From Clostridia bacterium (lineage in GTDB: Bacteria; Bacillota; Clostridia; TANB77; UBA1234): a stretch of 64,000 nucleotides of DNA. The stretch lies in contig JAFXCN010000001.1 of NCBI GenBank assembly GCA_017521465.1, forward strand, positions 4,762 through 68,761, read 5' to 3'. A program made the translations under genes and the position numbers. Positions 37,641-48,548 of the stretch are shown here, one piece after another. The notes beneath the pieces are model-generated. The model made no database searches, was not told where the DNA came from, and saw nothing but the letters and a program-made list of their open reading frames with translations. The first letter of the stretch is position 1. Every line of letters starts with the position of its first letter.

Positions 37641-38030
37641 TTATCTAGATTTTCCATCATCTTTTGTTATTTTATTTTGATTTATATCATTTTGTTTTAT
37701 TTTTTCCTGATGTCGTTTCATTTCAACAAATTGTGCTCTAGTGATATTAGCTCTTCTTATTATATCCGCACTTGGAGTTCTATCTGCACCTATAACAGCT
37801 GCAATATATTCTGCTGACCATTTTATTTCTTGTCCTGCTTCTTTTGCTTTTGCTTTAAAGTCAGGCCATCTTTCTTTTACAATTTTTAACAAGTCAAGTT
37901 CTTGATCTGCGCTTTCTTTTAATTCTTCTCTTGTCTTTCCAGCACATCCCGTAGTTATTGCGATATCTTCAATATTTGGAAACACTGACACTTCACTCAC
38001 CCCTCGTCTATTTAAATAGGTTATATTCAA
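37641..38030 (-). CDS. hypothetical protein
   Basis: 129 aa ORF, no family recognised. Confidence 0.4.
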   Translation of the reverse strand: MNITYLNRRGVSEVSVFPNIEDIAITTGCAGKTREELKESADQELDLLKIVKERWPDFKAKAKEAGQEIKWSAEYIAAVIGADRTPSADIIRRANITRAQFVEMKRHQEKIKQNDINQNKITKDDGKSR

Positions 38031-38111
38031 ATTAAGTTTACCATATTGTTAATTAAAGTTTCAATATAAATTTAAAAAATATGAAAAAATTTTTTTCATA
38101 TTTTTTTGCTT

Positions 38112-39338
38112 TTATATTTTATTATCTATCATTGTGTCTGCATATACTGCAAATCCTCTAACCGGATCATTTACAAATACATGTGTTAGTGCTCCAACTA
38201 ATTTTCCATTTTGCAAAATAGGACTTCCGCTCATCCCCTGTACTATTCCTCCTGTTTTTGAAATCAAATCTTCATCTAATATTTTTACAATCATGCTTTT
38301 TGCTTCTGCTTCAGAATTAGAATATTTTCTTTGTATTTCTATTTCAAATTCTTCTATTTTTTCATTGTCTAACGTGCATAATAATGTCGCTTTTCCTAGT
38401 TCTATTTCATTTCTTGAAGCAACAGGAACAGGAGCTGCAGTTATGAAATCTTCTTTTCTATAATCATATATCTTACCATATATTCCAGTTTCATCACTTT
38501 TGATAATTTCTCCATATTCATTAAATGAATCAAGTGTCCCAACAATTTCACCTGGATTTGATTTTTTACTTGGTAATACAGAAATCAAATTTACTTTATT
38601 AAGTGTTCCATGCTCTAATTCAATCATTTTTCCAGTATCAAGATCTGACACACCATGTCCTAATGCTACAAAATCTCCCGTGTTCGGATTATAAAATGTT
38701 GTTGTTCCAATTCCCATAGTTCCATCTCGTACCCATAATCCAATCTTATAGTTATTGTCGTCTATTGCTTTTACTGCTTGTATGCTAGTTTCTATCTTCT
38801 CTCCCTCTCTTTCAACAACTATGTTAGTTAGCTCTCCTCTTGACTTTCTAACAGCTTTTATAAGTTCATCTGTTGTTTCTATTTTCTCTCCATCAAATTC
38901 TAAAATCAAATCTCCTTTTTTTACATTTGCTTTCTCATATGGTTTATATTTTTTGCCATCGATTCCATCCACTTCCGATTCACCTATTATCAAAACTCCT
39001 TTGCTATACACTTTCAATCCAACTGCTTTTCCACTTGGAATTACCATTGTTTGTGGAATAACACTAACAGTTATATCTTTTATTGGAATCATTCCTAATG
39101 CTGTAAGTTTCAATTTTATATTTCCAACAATTTCACTATTTATTGTCGATATTTTTTTCAAAACATTTTCTTCAATTGATTTTAAATTTCCTTCAAGTTC
39201 TATACCTTTTACATGTGAAATGTTAAAATTTTCATTTTGAAACAAAACTATTTTTTTCGGAATTGTTGTAATATTTGTTATATAAATCAACAAAATTGTC
39301 AATAATGTTATTGTGATACAAAATTTTTTATTTTTCAT
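38112..39338 (-). CDS. spoIVB: SpoIVB peptidase (S55), stage IV sporulation protein B
   Basis: 408 aa; N-terminal signal anchor, PDZ domain, catalytic GMSGSPI serine motif; downstream of recN as in Bacillus. Confidence 0.85.
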   Translation of the reverse strand: MKNKKFCITITLLTILLIYITNITTIPKKIVLFQNENFNISHVKGIELEGNLKSIEENVLKKISTINSEIVGNIKLKLTALGMIPIKDITVSVIPQTMVIPSGKAVGLKVYSKGVLIIGESEVDGIDGKKYKPYEKANVKKGDLILEFDGEKIETTDELIKAVRKSRGELTNIVVEREGEKIETSIQAVKAIDDNNYKIGLWVRDGTMGIGTTTFYNPNTGDFVALGHGVSDLDTGKMIELEHGTLNKVNLISVLPSKKSNPGEIVGTLDSFNEYGEIIKSDETGIYGKIYDYRKEDFITAAPVPVASRNEIELGKATLLCTLDNEKIEEFEIEIQRKYSNSEAEAKSMIVKILDEDLISKTGGIVQGMSGSPILQNGKLVGALTHVFVNDPVRGFAVYADTMIDNKI

Positions 39339-39454
39339 TTTTAATTGCCTCCTATCTTTCTTTTTTTAAGTTGTCCAAAAAAAGAAAATATTATAAGGCA
39401 AAAAAAATTTACCTTTAACAAAAATTAAAGGTAATTTTTTTTACAAATTTTATA

Positions 39455-41068
39455 TTATGTCATGGCTTTTCTTAATTCTTTCACATGTTCTATTGCCATT
39501 TGTGTTATATCTTTTCCTGCCAATATTCTTGCTACTTCTAATATTGTTTCTTCTTCATTTAATCGTTTAACAGATGTATAAGTTTTATCATCTTTTGTAT
39601 CCTTTTGTATGTAGAAGTTTGCATCACCACTTGCAGCAATAACAGGCAAATGTGTTACACATATAACTTGATGAGTTTTTCCTATTATTTTCATTTTTTC
39701 TGCAACCGATTTACCAGCTTGCCCACTTATTCCCGTGTCTATTTCATCAAAAATCATTGTCGCAACGTTATCATATTCACACAAAATTGTTTTTATGGCT
39801 AGCATCACTCTCGAAATTTCTCCCCCTGATGCAATCTTATTTAATTGTTTCAAACCTTCACCAAGATTTGTGCAAATTAGCAATTGAATGTTATCAATTC
39901 CATTTTCATTAAAATCTTCATTTTTTTTAAAATCAAATTTTACATATGCTTTAGACATCTCTAAATCTTGCAATTGCGTATTTATTTTTTCTTCTAATAT
40001 TTGAGCTTTTTCAGTACGAATATTATGTATTTTTTCTGCAAGTTTATCTAGTTTTTGTTTCAATTTGCTAGCTTCATTTCTTAATTCATTAATCATTTCT
40101 TCTGAATTACTTAAGAATAATAATTCTTCACTTGCTTCCTTGTAATAATTTAAAACATCTTCTATAGTATTACCATATTTTCTTTTTAATGAAAATATAG
40201 TATCAAGCCTTTCTTCTATCGCAGCTTGTTCACCTTCGTCATATTCCATTTCATTTGAATACTTTGAAATTGTACTGGTTGCATCTTGTAATGTATAGTA
40301 CGATTCGTTAATAATATTTAAAACTTCTAAATATTTCTCATCAATATCAGATATATTATTAAGTTTTCTTATTATTTCGTTTAGTTCTTCTAATATATTA
40401 TTTCCCATAATGTTTTGAGTGTCATTTAAAACAGTAACAATTTTTTCAGAATTTTGTAGAAGTTTTCTTTTTTTCTCTAAATCTTCTTCTTCGGTTGTTT
40501 TTAATGATGCAACTTCTATTTCATCCACTTGATATTTAAGCAGGTCTATTCTTCTAGCTCTTTCTTTTTCATCTCCATAATTTTTTTCTATTTTTGCATT
40601 TATTTCTCTATACTCTCTAAGAATTTCATGATATTCATTTTTGGTTTTTTCTAATTCTTCACCTGCGAAATTATCTAATAATTCAATATGTGTTTTAGGG
40701 TTTAACAAAGATTGATTTTCATGTTGGCCATGAACATCTATTAGTGATTCTCCAATTTCTTTCATTTGTGCTATAGTTGCCATTTTACCATTTATTTTGC
40801 ATATACTTCTTCCATTTAAATATATCTCACGAGAAAGAATTATATTTTCGTTATTATCATCAAAAAAGCATGCCTCAACAAATGCCATATCAGCACCAGT
40901 CTTAATCAACTCTTTTGATATACGACCACCTGTTATGGCATTTATAGAATCTATAATTAAACTTTTACCTGCTCCAGTTTCACCCGTTAAAATATTTAGG
41001 CCCTCATCAAAATTAATTGTTATCTCTTCAATTATTCCAATATTTTTTATATGCAATTGACCCAGCAT
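39455..41068 (-). CDS. recN: DNA repair protein RecN
   Basis: 537 aa; SMC-like Walker A GETGAGKS, coiled coil, C-terminal signature and Walker B. Confidence 0.9.
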   Translation of the reverse strand: MLGQLHIKNIGIIEEITINFDEGLNILTGETGAGKSLIIDSINAITGGRISKELIKTGADMAFVEACFFDDNNENIILSREIYLNGRSICKINGKMATIAQMKEIGESLIDVHGQHENQSLLNPKTHIELLDNFAGEELEKTKNEYHEILREYREINAKIEKNYGDEKERARRIDLLKYQVDEIEVASLKTTEEEDLEKKRKLLQNSEKIVTVLNDTQNIMGNNILEELNEIIRKLNNISDIDEKYLEVLNIINESYYTLQDATSTISKYSNEMEYDEGEQAAIEERLDTIFSLKRKYGNTIEDVLNYYKEASEELLFLSNSEEMINELRNEASKLKQKLDKLAEKIHNIRTEKAQILEEKINTQLQDLEMSKAYVKFDFKKNEDFNENGIDNIQLLICTNLGEGLKQLNKIASGGEISRVMLAIKTILCEYDNVATMIFDEIDTGISGQAGKSVAEKMKIIGKTHQVICVTHLPVIAASGDANFYIQKDTKDDKTYTSVKRLNEEETILEVARILAGKDITQMAIEHVKELRKAMT

Positions 41069-41080
41069 ATTTTTACCCCT

Positions 41081-41644
41081 TTACTTTACGATTACATATT
41101 CTCCATCAACTGTAATTGTAATTTGTCCTTCATAATAAAATAAAATTTCTTCTGCTTCTGATTTTGTACATTTTGCTTTTACAGATTTACCATCAACTTT
41201 TGCTTCAATATCATTTGTTTTAAACATATCAACTATTTCATTATAAAAATCGGTTTGAGAATAGTCTTTTACAACTGCCGATTCTGACTTTAGTTCCGCC
41301 ATTGGTGCATTATTATCTGTAACGAATTTATCAAACATATTTAATCCAGCAGCAGCTCCATTAGTACGATCGTTTTCCGTTGACTCTGCTACCATTCCAT
41401 CAGCAATCAACATCATATCATTGTCTGCAGTTTGTCTTTCAAGATTTCCTGTTTTTCCAACAAAAATTGCAGCAACTAATATTACAGCAGCAGATGATAG
41501 TATTGGTATAATATATTTAAATTTAACTATATTATTTTTGTCTCCATTCTTTATTCTATTCATAACTTTTTGTCTAAAATCTGCAGGCACATTGTAATCT
41601 TCTTCATTATTCATTTTTTGTAATTCTTCAATTAAATTTTTCAT
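41081..41644 (-). CDS. putative anti-sigma factor (single-pass membrane protein)
   Basis: 187 aa; cytoplasmic N-terminus, one TM helix, extracytoplasmic domain; immediately downstream of an ECF sigma gene. Confidence 0.5.
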   Translation of the reverse strand: MKNLIEELQKMNNEEDYNVPADFRQKVMNRIKNGDKNNIVKFKYIIPILSSAAVILVAAIFVGKTGNLERQTADNDMMLIADGMVAESTENDRTNGAAAGLNMFDKFVTDNNAPMAELKSESAVVKDYSQTDFYNEIVDMFKTNDIEAKVDGKSVKAKCTKSEAEEILFYYEGQITITVDGEYVIVK

Positions 41645-41674
41645 ATATTATCACCACCTTCTATACAATTATAA

Positions 41675-42265
41675 CTAATTATTTGACTCGTTATACTCCA
41701 AAAATGTTCCATCTTCCTCTAAAATCTGCTTTAAAGCAGTCCTTGCTCTGTTTATTTTTGACTTTACTGTGCCCAAATTTATTTTTGTCATTTCTGCAAT
41801 TTCCATATATGTAAAACCTTTAATATCTCTTAAAACAATCATCGTTCTTTGATCTATCGGTAATTTTCTAATACAATTCGTAATTTTTTGCTTAAGCTCT
41901 TCATCTTCAGCTAAATGTTCTGGACCTTTTGCCGTATCTTCGAGTTGTATTTCCATTTCACCATCAGCAGTTTCTAGTTTTTCATCTATATACACAACAT
42001 TTTTCTTCTTTTTTAATTCATCAATACAAACATTTATTGTTATTCTATAAATCCAGGTATACAAAGATGATTCTTCCTTAAAATTCTTTAAATTTCTATA
42101 TATTTTAATAAAAACTTCTTGTGCTATATCTTCTACTTCATTTTCATTTTTCACCATATAATATATCGTGCTGAAAACTCTTTTCTCATACAAGCTGATT
42201 ATTTCCTCAAAAGCCTTATTATCGCCTTCTTTGGCCTTTGATATCAATATTTTCTCGTCAATCAT
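41675..42265 (-). CDS. ECF-type RNA polymerase sigma-70 factor
   Basis: Sigma-70 region 2 (YRITINVCID) and region 4; start set to ATG 42265 after GGTGGTG. Confidence 0.75.
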   Translation of the reverse strand: MIDEKILISKAKEGDNKAFEEIISLYEKRVFSTIYYMVKNENEVEDIAQEVFIKIYRNLKNFKEESSLYTWIYRITINVCIDELKKKKNVVYIDEKLETADGEMEIQLEDTAKGPEHLAEDEELKQKITNCIRKLPIDQRTMIVLRDIKGFTYMEIAEMTKINLGTVKSKINRARTALKQILEEDGTFLEYNESNN

Positions 42266-42399
42266 CTTTTCACCACCTTTTTCCAATAATACTGTAATTA
42301 TATCATATTTTTTGATGTTATCAACTATTTTGCCCATCTAAAAATTCTTGTATATTGACAAATTTATGATATAATTACCTTAGAAATGTGGGTGATTTT

Positions 42400-42951
42400 A
42401 TGAACGAAGAAGAAATAAAAAAAGAGAAATTGGCTGAAAATAAGCTTATTATCCTATATTTGCTAAATAATGCAAACTGTACTTTAACAAATTTGCAGAT
42501 TCTTAGACTTTTATACGATTTCGAAGGCTTTAACTACTACTATTTTCAGCATTTATTGTCAGATTTAGTCGAAAAAAAATATATTTTTAATTATAAACAA
42601 GGCGAAGAATGGTTATACGAAATTACAGCAGAAGGTCGTGAAGTCTTAGAATTAACTGGAAATATTCTTCCTGGTATTGTAAAACACAAATTAGACATTA
42701 TAACTAAAGAACAATTACAAACTGTTCAAAACGAAGTTGCAATAACTGCTGAATATATTCCTGAAAACGATAATGAATATATTACTAGTTGCAAAATCTC
42801 TGAAGCTCATAAAGTGCTTTTTGAAATAAACGTATATTGTGCTTCACAAGAACAAGCAAAGAAAATCGCGGACAATTGGAAAAACAATGCTAACGAAATA
42901 TATCCAAACGTAATAAAAATGTTAACAAAAACAAAAGAAGAGACAAACTAG
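42400..42951 (+). CDS. DUF4364-like putative regulator
   Basis: 183 aa; N-terminal winged-helix-like region; start ATG 42400 (MNEEEIKK). Confidence 0.45.
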   Translation: MNEEEIKKEKLAENKLIILYLLNNANCTLTNLQILRLLYDFEGFNYYYFQHLLSDLVEKKYIFNYKQGEEWLYEITAEGREVLELTGNILPGIVKHKLDIITKEQLQTVQNEVAITAEYIPENDNEYITSCKISEAHKVLFEINVYCASQEQAKKIADNWKNNANEIYPNVIKMLTKTKEETN

Positions 42952-42966
42952 TCTCTTCTTTTGTTT

Positions 42967-43211
42967 TACTATTCACTTTTCGCTCTTCACTATTCACTGC
43001 TTTTTGTGTAACGCAATTCGCTTCCGCAGACGGCCAGCAAAATCGGCAAGCAAACTTACCGAAGATAATAGTTAATAGTGAATAATTAACTTAAGCGGAC
43101 AGTACTTCGATACAAACAGTCGCATGTAAAAATAGAACAAAACAAGTGCAACAACCCTGTTGCACTTGTTTTTACCTTTACTATTAACTTTTCACTATTA
43201 GTTATTCACTA
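42967..43211. repeat. composite intergenic repeat region (TATTCACT clusters x3, GTAACGCAATTCG, GCAGACGGCC, TTCGATACAAACAGTCGCAT, terminator hairpin 43141-43175)
   Basis: Same modules as at 17138-17298 and 29790-30020. Confidence 0.7.
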
Positions 43212-43953
43212 ATTTTCTCACATATTCATATGCAAGTATTCCCGTTGCCATTGCTGCATTTAAGCTTTCAGATTTTCCAAGCATAGGAATTTTTACTTTA
43301 ACATCTGCGATTTCCATTATTTCTTGCGATACTCCTTTTGCTTCATTTCCAATAACAATTATCGTCTTCTCATCAAAATTAATATCATAATGATTTTTAT
43401 TTGTTGCAAGTGATGTAACTACTATCTTATATCCGTCTCTTTGCAATTCCTTCAACTTAGATAGTAAATCAGTTCTTACAACATTTAATCTATATATAGC
43501 ACCCATTGTACTTCTCGTAACTTTAGGATTATATATATCTGCAGATTCTTTTGAAATAATCAAATCTTCAATACCAGCTGCATCTAATGTTCTAATAATC
43601 GTTCCCATATTACCTGGATCTTGAATGTCATCAAGTGCAAACAATACATTTGAACTTATTTTTATTGCTTCTTTTTCTTTTACAACAGCTAATATTCCTT
43701 GCGGTGTTATAGTATCAGAAATCATTTCAAAAATATTCTTATTAACAAATTCAACTTTATAATCATACGTATTAATTTGTTTCTTTAGCAATTCTTGGCA
43801 TATAACAATCAAAATAATGTTTTCTTTTTCTTCAATAGCTTCCTCAACTATTTTTATACCTTCGACAATATATTCTTTATATTCGTCTCTATATTTCTTT
43901 TGCTTTAATTGTTTTATATGTTTTATTTGAGAGTTGTCTTTACTAGCAATCAT
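43198..43953 (-). CDS. rlmB: 23S rRNA (guanosine-2'-O)-methyltransferase RlmB (SpoU/TrmH family)
   Basis: SPOUT class motifs; start set to ATG 43953 after GAGGAA. Confidence 0.75.
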   Translation of the reverse strand: MIASKDNSQIKHIKQLKQKKYRDEYKEYIVEGIKIVEEAIEEKENIILIVICQELLKKQINTYDYKVEFVNKNIFEMISDTITPQGILAVVKEKEAIKISSNVLFALDDIQDPGNMGTIIRTLDAAGIEDLIISKESADIYNPKVTRSTMGAIYRLNVVRTDLLSKLKELQRDGYKIVVTSLATNKNHYDINFDEKTIIVIGNEAKGVSQEIMEIADVKVKIPMLGKSESLNAAMATGILAYEYVRKLVNN

Positions 43954-43963
43954 TTTATTTCCT

Positions 43964-45064
43964 CTATTCTGCAACAATTTCGCTTTCGTTTTCAACTTTT
44001 CCTGGCTCTGTTGCATTATTTTCTTTTACATTTTCAGTAGCTACATTTTGTTGTTCATCTGATACTTCTTTTTCTACAACAATACCAGACGCAGCCTTTA
44101 CTTTAGCTGTATTTCTAATTACTTCTGTTGTACCTAAAATATATTGTTGTGCATAAATTGTATTTAAATCTTTCTTCAATCTAGCTTCTGCTTCATCAGA
44201 TGGTGTTTCATCGATACTTTCTAAGTACGCAATTACATAGCCCTCTCCATCTTCTATGATGTTTGTGTAATTTCCAGGTTCAAGCGCAATTAATTCAGTA
44301 TATAATGTCATATTTGTTACCGTTTCATTTAAGTATAATAATGGCATAGATTCTGTTTGTCCATTTACTAACGAATATCCACCTGATACTGTTGTAACAA
44401 ATCTATATGTTCCATTTTCTTTTGCAACAGTTTCAAAATCTTCTCCATTTTTTAATCTTTCTAATGAAGATTCCATTTTTACTTTAGCCGCTTGTTTTCT
44501 CTCGGTTTCTGATATTTCTTCTTTGCCTTCTTCTACTTGTTCAGGTGTAACTTGTAAAACTCTATAATTATACATTTTTAACATATCAACATATTGTTCT
44601 CTAGATGCTGCATATTCAATTTCTGACATAGGATAATATTCTCCTGAATTTTCAATAAACTTTGATGCAAGCAATGTTTCTTTATAATAATTCATATAAT
44701 CGTCTTTTGTAAAACCAATTTTAGCTAGTTTTTCTTTGTCAACATTTTCGGATTCATAATTATCTTCAAGAGATTTTATTTCATCATCTGTTAATGTAAC
44801 ACCGTGTTCTTTAGCTTTTTGGTGAAAAAGTTTTATATTAACATATTGTTCATACACTTCTTTAGGGTCTACTTCTTCATTCTGTTCAAATTCAAGCAAA
44901 GTTATATAATTATCAAAATCTTCTAAATCATATTTTACCCCGTCAATTTTTAAAACACACTTATCAATAGCAGAATCGTATATTATAACAAATACGATTA
45001 AAGCTAATAAAAATATTGCTATTGCTATTATTCCAATTTTTTGCATCTTTTGCATTTTTATCAT
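43964..45064 (-). CDS. SurA N-terminal domain-like / PrsA-like chaperone family membrane-anchored protein
   Basis: 366 aa; N-terminal TM helix, acidic C-terminus; position downstream of mfd. Confidence 0.45.
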   Translation of the reverse strand: MIKMQKMQKIGIIAIAIFLLALIVFVIIYDSAIDKCVLKIDGVKYDLEDFDNYITLLEFEQNEEVDPKEVYEQYVNIKLFHQKAKEHGVTLTDDEIKSLEDNYESENVDKEKLAKIGFTKDDYMNYYKETLLASKFIENSGEYYPMSEIEYAASREQYVDMLKMYNYRVLQVTPEQVEEGKEEISETERKQAAKVKMESSLERLKNGEDFETVAKENGTYRFVTTVSGGYSLVNGQTESMPLLYLNETVTNMTLYTELIALEPGNYTNIIEDGEGYVIAYLESIDETPSDEAEARLKKDLNTIYAQQYILGTTEVIRNTAKVKAASGIVVEKEVSDEQQNVATENVKENNATEPGKVENESEIVAE

Positions 45065-48000
45065 CCCTTCATAATTTTAAATAATTTTAGTATTTCTTTT
45101 AATATTTCTTTTTCAGTTTTTGTTTGTAATTTTAAAGTTATATATGGAATAGCAGTAGCTGAAAAGAAAATATTTCCTTTGTAGTTATCAATTAAAAGTT
45201 GAACTATATCGCTTGTAAGCGCTGCTGTATCATCAAACTTTATAACAACACCATTCTCTTTTTGTTGAATTGAAACCACACCAACATTTTTAGCATAGCA
45301 CTTTATTCTTGCGACTTCAAGTAAATTATATATTTCATTTGGCATTTCACCATATCTATCAATCAACTCATCTACCATTTCTGAAATTTGTTCTTCATCA
45401 TCAATGTTAGCTATATCCTGATAAATCGCAATCTTTTGACTTTGATTTTCAATATAAGAATCTGGAATATATGCACTTACTTTTATATCTATTTGGATTG
45501 GTTCTGCTTCTTTTTCAACTTCTTCTCCTTGCATTTCTTTTACCGATTCTTCAAGTAATTTACAATACATTTCATATCCAACCGCTTCCATGTGTCCATG
45601 CTGTTCAGGTCCTAATATATTTCCTGCTCCTCTTATTTCTAAGTCTCTAAGCGCTATCTTAAATCCCGAACCAAACTCTGTAAATTCTTTTATTGCTTTC
45701 AATCTTTTTTCAGAAGTCTCTGTTAATATTTTGTTTCTTCTATATGTTATATAAGCATATGCAGCTCTATCACTTCTACCAACACGACCTCTTATTTGAT
45801 ATAGCTGTGCCAATCCAAGCCTATCAGCATCTTCAATTATTATTGTGTTAGCATTTGGAATATCTATACCTGTTTCCAAAATAGTTGTACATATTAATAC
45901 ATCTATTTTTCGTTCAGTAAAGTCATTCATGATATTTTCAATTTCTTTACCAGTCATTTTTCCATGCGCAAATGCCACTCTCGCTTCTGGTACTAATCTC
46001 GATATCTCACTTGCTCTTTTTTCTATTCCTTCTACTTTATTATATAAATAGAATATTTGTCCTTCTCTTTCTATTTCTTTTATTATCGCTTCTTTGATAA
46101 CTTCTTCATCATATTCCAATACATAAGTTTGCACAGGCCTTCTGTTTTGAGGCGGATCGTATATTACACTCATATCTCTTATTCCAACAATAGACATGTG
46201 CAGTGTTCTTGGAATTGGTGTTGCTGTCATTGCAAGCACATCAACATTTGTTTTTAATTGTTTAATAAGTTCTTTATGTTCTACACCAAATCTGTGTTCT
46301 TCATCTATTATTAATAATCCTAAATCTTTGAATCCCATATCTTTTTGAACTATTCTGTGTGTTCCAATAACGATATCAATTTCACCATTTTTTAATTTCT
46401 TTAATATTTCGCCTTGTTCTTTTTTAGTTTTAAATCTATTAAGAACAGCAACTTTAATTGGGAAACCTTCCATTCTCTCTTTAAATGTTTTATATTGTTG
46501 TTGCGCAAGCACTGTCGTTGGAACTAAATATGCGACTTGTTTACTATCCATAACAGCTTTAAACGCAGCTCGAATTGCAACTTCTGTTTTACCATATCCA
46601 ACATCACCGCAAAGAAGTCTATCCATTGGAATTTTTGATTCCATATCTTTCTTTACTTCTTCGATACATCTCAATTGATCATCAGTTTCTTGATAAGGAA
46701 ACTGTTCTTCAAATTGTGTTTGCCATACTGTATCTTTTGAAAATTCGTATCCTACTTGTTGCTTTCTTTTTGCATACAACTCAATTAAACCTTTAGCTAT
46801 ATCTCTTAATGATGCTTTTACTTTTGCTTTAGTCTTTTCAAAGTCTTTACTTCCTAATCTATTAAGCCTTGGAGAACCTTCACCAGCACTAATAAATTTT
46901 CTTATATTTTCTAACTGATTAGTTGGTATATATAATGTATCATCATTTTTATACTTGATCTTTAAATAATCTTTTTTTACATTATCTACAATAAGTGTAT
47001 GCATTCCAATATATTGTCCTATACCATGCACCGAATGAACAACAAAGTCTCCATCTTTTAAATCTGCAAATACAACTTTCTTTCCTTCTGTAAATGCTTT
47101 CGGCTTGTATGATCTTTTAGTTTCTTTTATTGGAGAACTTTCGCCAGCAACAACTACAAGATTCAAATCTAAATATTCAAATCCTTCTGATAAGCTTCCT
47201 GTTGTTACATAGACTATTGGTTTATATTCTTTATTATCAAAATCTATATTTAAATTTTCTTTTTCAACACATTCTGTGTTAATTCCATGATCCAAGAGCA
47301 TTGATGCAATACTTTTCATTTTAGAATTAACACCCGCAAGAATTAATACTATTTTTCGTTCTTCAACTGATTTTTGTACTTCCTGTACAAATATATCCAC
47401 TGAATCACGAAAAAAGTTCACCTCCCTACAGCTAAAGCTGTATCCATTTCTTTTTGCATGCGTATTTGTATCTATTCTTTCAAGATTAATTATATTTTTG
47501 CCTTCTAGGACCATAGTTATTTCTGTGAATGTTGCCATACTTTCTGTATAACTTGGAACTATTTTGTATTTATCTAAAAATTGTTCTATTATTTCTTTAT
47601 TTTCAAATTCAACTGCTTGACATTTAGATTTTATTCTAGCTGGTTCATCGACAAAAATAATAGTATCTTTTGTAAGATAGTCAAATAACGTAGAAGTTTT
47701 CTTGTAGAAAAATTTAAAATATTTATCTACTTTACTTATATAATTACCATTTACTATCGCTTCAACATCTTCTGTTGCACTAGGATATTCTTTTAGAATG
47801 TCTTTACTTATTTCTTCTAATTTATCTTGATCTATTAAAAATTCTTCAACAGGAAAAATTGTAATCTGCTTTGTTGTTTCTACACTTCGTTGAGTTATTA
47901 AATCAAAATATCTTATAGAATCAATCTCATCTCCCCAAAACTCTATTCTTACAGGGTCTTTAGTAGTAAGCGGAAATACATCAATAATTCCTCCACGAAT

Positions 48001-48522
48001 AGAAAATTGTCCTCTTCCTTCTACCATATCTGTTCGTTCGTATCCTAATTGTACAAAAGAGTTTTTTAATTCTTCTAGCGAAATAGTTTTTCCAACTTCA
48101 AGATATATAACTTTTGAGAAGAAGTCATTTTTTTGTATAGTCTTTTGCATTAGCGCTTCTACTGTTGTTAATATAACTTTGCTTTCTGAATTATATAAAT
48201 CTGTGTATACTTTAAGTCTTTCCATCGTTACATCTTTATTCATTGTATCTATGTCGTAATATATAACATCTTTTTTAGGGAAAACAGAAATTTCTTCGTT
48301 ACTGAAGAATGCCATATTCTGTTTCATCTTTTTTAATTCTATTTCGTTATATGTAACAACTAATATTGGTTTTTGAGAATAGAATTTAGTTGCATATATA
48401 AAATGTGCCTTTTGACTTTCAGATAACCCCGAAAGAGTAATAGGAAAATTTGATTTATTAACATCATTAATATATTCTTCAAACTTCTTCATCTTGGGTA
48501 AAACTTTTATTAATGAATCCAT
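45061..48522 (-). CDS. mfd: transcription-repair coupling factor Mfd
   Basis: 1153 aa; UvrB-like N-terminus, RNAP-interacting domain, superfamily-2 helicase motifs (GDVGYGKTEVA, DEEH). Confidence 0.9.
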   Translation of the reverse strand: MDSLIKVLPKMKKFEEYINDVNKSNFPITLSGLSESQKAHFIYATKFYSQKPILVVTYNEIELKKMKQNMAFFSNEEISVFPKKDVIYYDIDTMNKDVTMERLKVYTDLYNSESKVILTTVEALMQKTIQKNDFFSKVIYLEVGKTISLEELKNSFVQLGYERTDMVEGRGQFSIRGGIIDVFPLTTKDPVRIEFWGDEIDSIRYFDLITQRSVETTKQITIFPVEEFLIDQDKLEEISKDILKEYPSATEDVEAIVNGNYISKVDKYFKFFYKKTSTLFDYLTKDTIIFVDEPARIKSKCQAVEFENKEIIEQFLDKYKIVPSYTESMATFTEITMVLEGKNIINLERIDTNTHAKRNGYSFSCREVNFFRDSVDIFVQEVQKSVEERKIVLILAGVNSKMKSIASMLLDHGINTECVEKENLNIDFDNKEYKPIVYVTTGSLSEGFEYLDLNLVVVAGESSPIKETKRSYKPKAFTEGKKVVFADLKDGDFVVHSVHGIGQYIGMHTLIVDNVKKDYLKIKYKNDDTLYIPTNQLENIRKFISAGEGSPRLNRLGSKDFEKTKAKVKASLRDIAKGLIELYAKRKQQVGYEFSKDTVWQTQFEEQFPYQETDDQLRCIEEVKKDMESKIPMDRLLCGDVGYGKTEVAIRAAFKAVMDSKQVAYLVPTTVLAQQQYKTFKERMEGFPIKVAVLNRFKTKKEQGEILKKLKNGEIDIVIGTHRIVQKDMGFKDLGLLIIDEEHRFGVEHKELIKQLKTNVDVLAMTATPIPRTLHMSIVGIRDMSVIYDPPQNRRPVQTYVLEYDEEVIKEAIIKEIEREGQIFYLYNKVEGIEKRASEISRLVPEARVAFAHGKMTGKEIENIMNDFTERKIDVLICTTILETGIDIPNANTIIIEDADRLGLAQLYQIRGRVGRSDRAAYAYITYRRNKILTETSEKRLKAIKEFTEFGSGFKIALRDLEIRGAGNILGPEQHGHMEAVGYEMYCKLLEESVKEMQGEEVEKEAEPIQIDIKVSAYIPDSYIENQSQKIAIYQDIANIDDEEQISEMVDELIDRYGEMPNEIYNLLEVARIKCYAKNVGVVSIQQKENGVVIKFDDTAALTSDIVQLLIDNYKGNIFFSATAIPYITLKLQTKTEKEILKEILKLFKIMKG

Positions 48523-48548
48523 TGTTTTCTCCTTATCAATAAGTTTTA

